Shown here: one piece after another, positions 56,921-64,000 of the stretch | Position numbering within the stretch: the first letter of the stretch is position 1 | How the letters are laid out: every line of letters starts with the position of its first letter | DNA from: an uncultured virus (IMG/VR IMGVR_UViG_3300044796_000330) | Lineage: Duplodnaviria; Heunggongvirae; Uroviricota; Caudoviricetes | IMG/VR virus record: IMGVR_UViG_3300044796_000330 | Length of the DNA stretch: 64,000 bases | Strand: one strand, 5' to 3' | Position numbers and translations under genes: made by a program | The notes under the pieces: model-generated | Seen by the model: only the letters and a program-made list of their open reading frames with translations | Database searches by the model: none | Told to the model about the DNA's origin: nothing

Positions 56921-56997
56921 GGCCCTATCCTCTAAGTTGGTCGGAGAGCTTATCTTCGGATAAGACAATGGAACGTCGATAATTCCTAGGGTCACTA
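56921..56997 (+). ncRNA. tRNA-Glu-like RNA 3 (UUCG tetraloop)
   Basis: GGCCCTA TC CTCT..GGAG A GCTTATC-TTCG-GATAAGA CAAT GGAA-CGTCGATAA-TTCC TAGGGTC A CTA. Confidence 0.9.
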
Positions 56998-57019
56998 ATT
57001 TTCTGCAACACAATCAAAC

Positions 57020-57096
57020 GGCCTGATCCTCTAAGTTGGCAGGAGACCTTATCTTCGGATAAGGCAATAGAGCGTCGATAACTCTTCAGGTCACCA
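57020..57096 (+). ncRNA. tRNA-Glu-like RNA 4 (UUCG tetraloop)
   Basis: GGCCTGA TC CTCT..GGAG A CCTTATC-TTCG-GATAAGG CAAT AGAG-CGTCGATAA-CTCT TCAGGTC A CCA. Confidence 0.9.
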
Positions 57097-57210
57097 AATT
57101 CTTCCTCGCGCCATCTATTGCATTCTGTTTAGCACTATATGGTCTGAGGTTCTCTTCTAGGTTAATCAATAAGGATCAATTCAGCAACGTCTCTAATCAG
57201 TTTCTCTTTC

Positions 57211-57283
57211 GGGCCACTGGAATATGAAGTTCGGTTTGTCTTCGGACAGACAGGTGATCGCTCAGACCGATCGTGGCTCACAA
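57211..57283 (+). ncRNA. tRNA-Glu-like RNA 5 (UUCG tetraloop)
   Basis: GGGCCAC TG GAAT-ATGAA-GTTC G GTTTGTC-TTCG-GACAGAC AGGT GATCG-CTCAGAC-CGATC GTGGCTC A CAA. Confidence 0.88.
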
Positions 57284-57309
57284 ATGAATCCGTAGCACAT
57301 TTTTCACGA

Positions 57310-57384
57310 GGGCTATTCTTCTAGGGGTAGGAATCCTTTACTTCGGTAAAGGCAACGGAGAGTCGAGACCTCCATAGCTCACTA
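57310..57384 (+). ncRNA. tRNA-Glu-like RNA 6 (UUCG tetraloop)
   Basis: GGGCTAT TC TTCT..GGAA T CCTTTAC-TTCG-GTAAAGG CAAC GGAG-AGTCGAGAC-CTCC ATAGCTC A CTA. Confidence 0.9.
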
Positions 57385-57534
57385 ATATAGCATCTACACT
57401 TATCCCACAGCAAGCAAGTTAATCTTGCAACTTCATCTCAAAGTAAGCACTGGGTTTTAACCCAGACCGTTAAAATGAGGAGCGGAGTTGCAAGCTTCGC
57501 GAGCATAAACTGTGGGACAGTGCGGATGCTATAT
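57385..57534 (+). ncRNA. About 150-nt rod-like RNA with a central bubble (6S-RNA-like)
   Basis: ATATAGCATCT/GGATGCTATAT, CACT/AGTG, TCCCACAG/CTGTGGGA, 13x15-nt bubble, CTTGCAACTTC/GGAGTTGCAAG, apical CTGGGTT/AACCCAG. Confidence 0.7.
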
Positions 57535-57563
57535 ATCCAACTAACACACAACAACGCCAAACA

Positions 57564-57887
57564 ATGACCACATTAGAAACATCAACAGGCGAGCCTAATC
57601 AAGAGCTTCGCCTTTATCTTGCGTTTCACTTCGGTGTAAAGTGTCGTCATTGTGAGAGTCTTGTGCTTGACCCAGATAAGAGTAAGGGGCACACCTATCT
57701 TCGCGGCAAGTGTCCTTCGTGCCACAAGAAATCAAGCGATCCTCCGTCGATGAATGTCGATACCACGAAGCTTACCAAGAAAGAGCGAAAGAAGCTTCGT
57801 CAAGAACTAAAGCGGCAGAAAAAGGCAGAAACGAGAGCAGCTCGTGGCAAATATGCCAATGAGACTGTCATCGAATCAGGAGATTAG
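57564..57887 (+). CDS. Zinc-finger protein with basic tail
   Basis: CRHC...CPSC; K/R-rich helix. Confidence 0.65.
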   Translation: MTTLETSTGEPNQELRLYLAFHFGVKCRHCESLVLDPDKSKGHTYLRGKCPSCHKKSSDPPSMNVDTTKLTKKERKKLRQELKRQKKAETRAARGKYANETVIESGD

Positions 57888-58183
57888 AGGAGCTTTACAT
57901 TTTGCTTTCATCTCACGAACTTACTGATTGGTTTTTCAACAGAGACATCGTTCCTGGTCAAGCGGACATCATATCCCATCAGGAATATGTGTCGCTAATG
58001 TTTGACTCCTATGCTAGCGGCAAAGTGTTCAATGACTTCGTCAAGGATGTCGTTGTTCCAACAGGACATCTCGAATATATCTTCGTCGAAGACTCGTGGG
58101 AAAATCTTCACAACACGTATATTGCATTTGTCTCGAACTACAACAAACCAAAGACAACTCAATAAAGAAAGCTACTGAAGAGA

Positions 58184-59374
58184 ATGTTTGACTTCCTACA
58201 AGCACTCTCTGGGTTCCTAATCGGATCAACAATGAAACACACAAGTAAATCTGGATTCCAAGAGATGTGCCCAGACTGTAAGCTGTATATGTGCCATCAT
58301 TTTCGTTCTCACGAGATGACTGGAATTCATGGAAGTTCAACGGAGATTTCTGTGGGAGAAGAGGTTGATAACTTGATTGCGAGCGATCTTGAAACACGTG
58401 TTAGAGTTGCCGATGATAAGCCCGCTGAGGTCGCACCTGTCAAGCGTGTCCTCATTACGCCGCCTCAGACTGTTGTGAAGTCGAATGTTGTTGAGACAAC
58501 TTCATCCACGTCTTCCACGGCTGTCTCTCTCAAAGAGAACACAACATCCACAACAATCAGATCAAACAAGTATGTTGAAGGCCACGAGCGCATTTTTGGT
58601 GATAAGAAGAGCACGGCAGATAAGCTTTGGCTCACTTGCAAGGTGTGTGATAAGCGCGCAAATATCGCCTACTTCGACGAGCATATCAAGATGCACACAT
58701 CGGAGTTCATTGATAACCTCACCTCTCGTGCTGTCTCCTCCTCAGCTTCTAACAAGAACGCAATTCCTCTTGCTAACTTGTCCAAACCGCTTGAGCCCCT
58801 GAAGCCCGCTGTTCCGCGAGTATCGAATGTTCCGAAGTATAGGTTCCGCAAGATCGAGAAGTGCGTGGCTATTGCATCCACCTCTGTCAATAAGCGCTAT
58901 TCTGACTTCGCCGTGGTCTTCGTTCTTGAGACGAAGCCGAGCTTGTATAATACCAGCTATGTGTCTGGCCCATCTACTTCGGTCTATAAGGACTTCGAGC
59001 GCATGAGCATTCACGTTGTATATGACTCTGTGGATGATTTCTACCTTGTATCTTCCAAGATTCTTAAGCGAAGCTCGCATAGTTCGTATGATGTTGAGGA
59101 TGACGCCAAGGTTCCCGAGCGCATCTGCTATCAGGAAGAGATCCTAACCGAAGTTCGCCGAGCAATGTTGTTCCTCGGAATTGATCCGAAGAACGCATAT
59201 AGACACTTCCGAAGAATGCTTCGGGACTCCATCATCGATGAGGTTGATGATAAGGATCGTGTTCTCGTTAGCAAGACAAGCGGATTTGCTGATTTCCAAG
59301 AAGCTCTTAAGAAGAACGCCGGAAGTTGGAACAACAATACCAACATGTCCGAAGCGTGGGGACACGGCTGTTAG
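58184..59374 (+). CDS. Hypothetical protein with a C2H2-like zinc finger
   Basis: CKVC.........EHIKMH; 396 aa. Confidence 0.7.
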   Translation: MFDFLQALSGFLIGSTMKHTSKSGFQEMCPDCKLYMCHHFRSHEMTGIHGSSTEISVGEEVDNLIASDLETRVRVADDKPAEVAPVKRVLITPPQTVVKSNVVETTSSTSSTAVSLKENTTSTTIRSNKYVEGHERIFGDKKSTADKLWLTCKVCDKRANIAYFDEHIKMHTSEFIDNLTSRAVSSSASNKNAIPLANLSKPLEPLKPAVPRVSNVPKYRFRKIEKCVAIASTSVNKRYSDFAVVFVLETKPSLYNTSYVSGPSTSVYKDFERMSIHVVYDSVDDFYLVSSKILKRSSHSSYDVEDDAKVPERICYQEEILTEVRRAMLFLGIDPKNAYRHFRRMLRDSIIDEVDDKDRVLVSKTSGFADFQEALKKNAGSWNNNTNMSEAWGHGC

Positions 59375-59390
59375 AGTATCAGAGAATAAC

Positions 59391-60316
59391 ATGCAGCCTT
59401 GGAACGTAAATATCTCGTCCGCAAAAGACGAAGATATCGAAATCGAACGAAGAATTCTTTGGTCTCAAATGGAGGCCAAGGATTTCTATTTCGCAATACT
59501 TGCAGGCTCGGAGAGAGAAGACTACTATACAACTGTGTTTATTGTTCCCGTCGAGTATTTCGATGAGCATCACAAAATGATACTGCATAGTATGCCGATC
59601 ATGCATCTTATCCCTGAGTATTTTGTCGAGACACATGAATGCACATTCTCTACCGCTTATAACCACATTATGGTGAATAACAACTTGGTTAGATGCGGAT
59701 TTAGATCGAGCAAGAGATTTCAGGATTACATCGAAGATATGTTTGTGATGATGGGCGCAAGCGAGAGGTAAAACAACAATGAAGACGAACAAGGCTCGAC
59801 GATTTAACGAAGGTGGGGCTCGACCGGATTTGACCGAGCTTCGTCGCAAGGAAGCTGTCGAGCGCCAGGCCGCGTGGGATTCTTTCACACCGGCTCAGAA
59901 GCTCGCCGAGTTGGACAGACGACTTGGGGCAGGTAAGGGCGCCGAGAAGCAACGGGCGCAGCTTGCGAAGCTGATGGAAGTCGCGACGCCGAACGAAACG
60001 GTCTCGGCACCGACGAAGAAAAAGCACAATGCAAAAGACAAGGGCTAAAAGCACCAAGGCAATCAAAACTGCCGAGATTACCGTTGTCAAACGTGGCAAC
60101 GTTTGCGGCATCTGTGGTCAAACGACTAATGAGTTTCAACTCTCGGAAGGCGCGCGTCCTTGGGATAAGCATAACTTCCGCATGGTAGAGCTTTATTCGA
60201 GCACTCCGCATCACGAACCGTCGTCATGTATCAAGCATCTTGCTGGAATGGCTGCAAAGGTGCCAGACCTCGAAAGCCGCATCGTAGAACTTGAAAGAAG
60301 GCTGAATTCGATATGA
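59391..60316 (+). other. Hypothetical ORFs (59391-59771, 59779-60048, 60029-60316)
   Basis: Contiguous + strand ORFs. Confidence 0.55.
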
Positions 60317-60696
60317 ACAAGCTATCGGCAGTAGCTCTTCTCGCCGCGCTCACACTGAGCGTTGGTTGCGTCGATGAATACAGTTATAGGGAAACAACGC
60401 CTTATTACGGCTGCGTTGTTATTTCCGACGAGATGGGCGAGAGGGAAGTTTGTGATACCGAATACTACTACACTGATGATGGTGTAGTTTATTGGGATTC
60501 CCACTTTGGAATTTGGGTAATGCCCAATGGCTACTGGTATGGTGGTAGATTTTGGCCTGGGGTTTATCCTGGGTTTCACGCTTACTATCATTCAGGCTTC
60601 TATCACCCTCGTGGCTATTTCCATAGCTATCGAGGTTTTAGTGTTCATCGTGGTGGATCTTACGGCGGCCATGGCGGCGGCGGTCATCATCGATGA
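60313..60696 (+). CDS. Lipoprotein with aromatic and Gly/His-rich tail
   Basis: LSVG-C lipobox; YWD..GYW.GG.FW; GGHGGGGHHR. Confidence 0.7.
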   Translation: MNKLSAVALLAALTLSVGCVDEYSYRETTPYYGCVVISDEMGEREVCDTEYYYTDDGVVYWDSHFGIWVMPNGYWYGGRFWPGVYPGFHAYYHSGFYHPRGYFHSYRGFSVHRGGSYGGHGGGGHHR

Positions 60697-61139
60697 GCGG
60701 CAAAGATGGTGCCAATAAATTCACCTGCGAGAGTTGCGGTGAAGGGCACATATGGATAAAGCTATCCATATGGGACAACAATACTCCGAGAGGTTGGGAA
60801 CTTGTCAAGGTTAAGAAAGCTTGGTATATGGCTGACGAATATAAAGCGTATTGTCCTGAGTGCAAACACACAATCACAATCGAAGAAGAAACCAACTAAT
60901 AGGAAGCCCATGAGAAGCGATAAGAAAAGACTGAACCATTCATTGTCCAACGGGCTACTCATTACACACGCACTTCGTCATCGGAGTGGCGTGTTTGTGC
61001 TTTTTGTGTCTGATTTGCAGAACACAGAGCGAGTTATCTTTGATGGTGAAAAGGTTGTGGGTGATTATGGGTTTTCCTTCACTGGAAGAGAGAATGGTGA
61101 GGTCGCGGCGAGATTGAAGAAGGTGTTCGAGGGTTGCAC

Positions 61140-61205
61140 TTGACAGCAATCTCACTCGTGATTACACTGGTGGTAAGAGCAGCTCGTGGCTCTATAATAC
61201 GAGAC
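61140..61205 (+). promoter_or_regulatory. sigma70 promoter plus pseudoknot element upstream of the tRNA
   Basis: Near-identical to 49175-49241. Confidence 0.8.
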
Positions 61206-61220
61206 GAGTATTAGATTTTA

Positions 61221-61301
61221 CGTGCTGTGCCCGAGTGGACGATGGGGCCACCCTTATACAGTGGTATACAAACGCCGTTGGTTCGAATCCAACCAGCACG
61301 A
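61221..61301 (+). tRNA. tRNA-Ile(UAU) with a 12-nt variable region, no encoded CCA
   Basis: CGTGCTG/CAGCACG acceptor; CCACC-CTTATAC-AGTGG anticodon arm with one C-A mismatch; GTTGG-TTCGAAT-CCAAC T arm. Confidence 0.8.
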
Positions 61302-62369
61302 CTATAACTTGTTTCTGATTGACTTAGGATCAATTCCGTTTCTTCGCAGAAACTTCCTAATAGCGTTATCACTTATTCCAAGTTTTCTTCCGACTTGCGT
61401 GAAGTTGTTTCCGTGATGCAAAATCATAGCAACAACTTGCTCAGGTTCGGGCCACTCGATTCTCTCCTCCCAGGACAATCTTGGCCTTTCATTGCCTTTT
61501 GAATCGACTCTTTTCAGATTGCACATCCTGCACCTAATAGACTCGATACCTATTTTGCTGTGGCAGTCCACACAGAAATTGTCCTTATACTGCCTTCCTG
61601 TTCCTGTCAATTTCTTACCAGCATATGTATCTGTTTGAGAATGACAGTTTGGACAGAGTAAGCGAAGATTCTCCAATCTATTGTCTTTGTTGTTGCCGTT
61701 AATGTGATCAAGATGCAATGATAATCTTGTGTCTCGCCAATTCACTATTCCACATATGGAACACTTATATGGCATCAAGTTATGTTTGTCGATGGCTCGC
61801 TTCAAAGCGTCTCTTCCGAAGCCACTATTCAACGCGAACATTTCGTCAATCGGACGATCAATGCGTATAGTCTTCTTCTGATCTGCTCTACTCAAAAAGT
61901 GCGATATACTAAGATTCAATCGCTTGATGTGTTTCTTGATTGTTTTTGTATTGGCGGCAAGAGAGGAATATCCAAGTGCATTACTTACATCAGTAAGAGA
62001 TTCGGATTTTCGAATGATGTCGGTAAATTCTTGATCGGTTATGATCTTGCTCGCAATTCTGAATTGACACGGCTTGTTGGAATCTATAAGGAGTTTCCTC
62101 TGATGAAATAGAGCCGAACAGGTGGCATTGCAGAAGTAATTCCCACTGGCATTTAATTCGCTTTTTGTCCGTTTTACAGGCGCAGCACAGTAGGAGCAAT
62201 TGATAATCTTCGATTCGCCTCTCTGTTTTTGCAGGGCACTGGCGCATTTTCGAGAACATACGGGCACGTAGCTTTCGCCACTAACTTTCTTTTGGCGAGT
62301 GAACTGCTTCAGTTCCCGTGAAAATTGCAAGCAACACATAGCACATACTAAATCGATCATAGTCGTCAT
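61302..62369 (-). CDS. HNH homing endonuclease with zinc fingers and C-terminal HTH
   Basis: CSICG...LHLDHINGNNKDNRLENLRLLCPNCHSQT. Confidence 0.92.
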   Translation of the reverse strand: MTTMIDLVCAMCCLQFSRELKQFTRQKKVSGESYVPVCSRKCASALQKQRGESKIINCSYCAAPVKRTKSELNASGNYFCNATCSALFHQRKLLIDSNKPCQFRIASKIITDQEFTDIIRKSESLTDVSNALGYSSLAANTKTIKKHIKRLNLSISHFLSRADQKKTIRIDRPIDEMFALNSGFGRDALKRAIDKHNLMPYKCSICGIVNWRDTRLSLHLDHINGNNKDNRLENLRLLCPNCHSQTDTYAGKKLTGTGRQYKDNFCVDCHSKIGIESIRCRMCNLKRVDSKGNERPRLSWEERIEWPEPEQVVAMILHHGNNFTQVGRKLGISDNAIRKFLRRNGIDPKSIRNKL

Positions 62370-62461
62370 AGATACTAACCTCTTTTAGAAAGTCATAACC
62401 CACACAACATAATATAATACTTATACCTCTTTTACACAACCACCGCAATTGAATTCTCTTT

Positions 62462-62815
62462 ATGAACAACAAGATATACAACTATTTCAGACTTGCCGGA
62501 AAAGCAGCAGAGAAGGACATGACGAATAAGAGCTTTCTCCTTGGTGCTGTTGGTATCCGTGGAGATGGCACCATCGTCTCTGCCACAAATTCTATCAGCC
62601 AAGTTCCAAATAGAATGCTTCACGCAGAGAAGCGTCTATGCAATAAACTCGACTATGGCGCCACTGTTTATGTGGCTCGTGTGAGACTTCTCAATGGTGA
62701 ATACGCATTGTCAAGGCCTTGTCCTGATTGCTACAAGGCTCTCAAATACAAAAACGTTAGCCGGTGCTATTACACTGTGTCCGAGACAGAGTGGGGCGTG
62801 ATCGATTTCGATTGA
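62462..62815 (+). CDS. Zinc-dependent cytidine/dCMP deaminase-fold protein
   Basis: HAE ... SRPCPDC. Confidence 0.8.
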   Translation: MNNKIYNYFRLAGKAAEKDMTNKSFLLGAVGIRGDGTIVSATNSISQVPNRMLHAEKRLCNKLDYGATVYVARVRLLNGEYALSRPCPDCYKALKYKNVSRCYYTVSETEWGVIDFD

Positions 62816-62827
62816 ACTGAATAGCAA

Positions 62828-63232
62828 ATGGCCAAATCATCCACAGCAGACTCACTTATTGCCTTCGGCAAGGTGAGTTTTTTGCTTATCAGACTCACAA
62901 GCAAGCTACTCGCAAAAGACGACAAATTGGTCATTGGTTCATCTTTTGTCGGAGATGATGACTGGATTGAGGATCTTTGCAATGCAGTGCTCAATGCGGC
63001 AAAGTTCGCCGAGCAATCTACACATTACACGACACAACCTATGAATTCAATTCACTCCTATTCTTGGGCATATGAAACGTTGAGCATACCGGATACATCG
63101 ACCGAGCAAGAGGTCAAATCTGCTTTCAAATCCCTCGTTAAACAATATCACCCTGATATCAACAAGTCCCCAGACGCAACCAAGAAGTATATTGATGTCG
63201 TGAAAGCGTATCAGATTCTATCAACTGCGTGA
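62828..63232 (+). CDS. J-domain (DnaJ-like) protein
   Basis: YETL......EVKSAFK.L...YHPD.N......Y.....AY..L. Confidence 0.88.
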   Translation: MAKSSTADSLIAFGKVSFLLIRLTSKLLAKDDKLVIGSSFVGDDDWIEDLCNAVLNAAKFAEQSTHYTTQPMNSIHSYSWAYETLSIPDTSTEQEVKSAFKSLVKQYHPDINKSPDATKKYIDVVKAYQILSTA

Positions 63233-63239
63233 ATTACCA

Positions 63240-63689
63240 ATGAACGATATTAAGAACATAGGGCGGTTTATAACCAAGTATCACTGTGCGGCCAATCAGA
63301 TAGTTGTGAGGGGATATCGATTGATACTTAGCGCTTGCACCTGCCAATTCCATACTATTAACGGTAGATGGGTTGCCACATACCCCAGATATGCTCATCC
63401 GTTTGAGTTTATTCTTGACAACAGAAGTGTGTATTCCCCACATTGGAAATTGGATTTGGCTAAAATGTTTGGCCTATCCTTCCCATCTATTCAGGCATTC
63501 TGCTATGAGGGTGATAAGCCGTTCGATCCACCTGGCCTGAGCTACGACGAAAAGCTTATGTATGATCTCGGAAGTATGATGCATTACATCTATTGCGAGG
63601 AGTACAATGATAGGCCGTTCGAAAGACGCTTCCCAGAAGCATCGATAGGACTCGACTATCTCTTCGCGAAACCAAAGCATCTCAAATGA
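63240..63689 (+). CDS. Hypothetical protein
   Basis: Similar to 51707-52090. Confidence 0.6.
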   Translation: MNDIKNIGRFITKYHCAANQIVVRGYRLILSACTCQFHTINGRWVATYPRYAHPFEFILDNRSVYSPHWKLDLAKMFGLSFPSIQAFCYEGDKPFDPPGLSYDEKLMYDLGSMMHYIYCEEYNDRPFERRFPEASIGLDYLFAKPKHLK

Positions 63690-64000
63690 GTTTTGATCTA
63701 ACCACAATCGACCTTTGCAAAGGTGAGCCAAGCATTATCAGGGAGAACCTTGTTGCGACATTTGGTTTAGAGAATACCTTCTTCACGACCTCACTCAATA
63801 AAGAGTCTTCCTCCTATCCGCCTATCACCGGACACTTACCACTCGTAAAATTTCTCGAAGATGTGTATGAGGCTCCCGTTATCATCACAACCGGAGCAAA
63901 ACAATCCCTTGCTGCTGTATTTTATGCCATGAAGAAAATGGGCAAAAAGAAGCTCGGCTATCGCAAACCATATTGGTGTCAGATCCCCGCTCTTGCCAAT
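63686..64000 (+). CDS. PLP-dependent class I/II aminotransferase, 3' end outside window
   Basis: Not in the ORF track; translates to IDLCKGEP...YPPITGH..L...VIITTGAKQSL...PYW. Confidence 0.75.
   Translation, partial: MSFDLTTIDLCKGEPSIIRENLVATFGLENTFFTTSLNKESSSYPPITGHLPLVKFLEDVYEAPVIITTGAKQSLAAVFYAMKKMGKKKLGYRKPYWCQIPALAN

Noticed and set aside
56720..57384. tmRNA or tRNA-Ala identity
   Set aside because: The wobble pair is at 2-71, not G3-U70, and there is no tag reading frame.
56640..57540. CRISPR array or ordinary tRNA cluster
   Set aside because: No identical repeats with unique spacers and no cas genes. The units are cloverleaves but lack U33, a 7-nt anticodon loop and the T-loop consensus, so they are not called standard tRNAs.

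Overview
This window looks like part of a large (jumbo-type) bacteriophage genome. It carries well over 100 short, tightly packed or overlapping + strand ORFs, mostly hypothetical, driven by repeated sigma70-like promoters, with no structural or replication genes. The host is probably a myxobacterium. This is inferred from a Ser/Gly-rich 'DAG' lipoprotein, an OmpA protein, sigma54 promoters and a GC3-rich prkA. Recognisable genes: PrkA/YeaG (5' truncated), YeaH/DUF444, an IS200/IS605 element (tnpA+tnpB), RtcB, three free-standing homing-type endonucleases on the minus strand (one a splicing-dead intein), a trypsin-like lipoprotein, an adenine methyltransferase with a possible nuclease partner, a deaminase, a J-domain protein, a truncated aminotransferase, tRNA-Gln(UUG) and an odd tRNA-Ile(UAU). 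The most striking feature is the non-coding island at 56.65-57.54 kb. It holds six tRNA-Glu-like cloverleaves whose anticodon loop is zipped into a C(U/C)UCG-G tetraloop, preceded by a repeated H-type pseudoknot and followed by a 6S-RNA-like hairpin. About 21 divergent copies of a small SH3-like protein with a conserved Cys are also present, 11 of them in tandem. All structures and motifs were read by eye; no searches were run.
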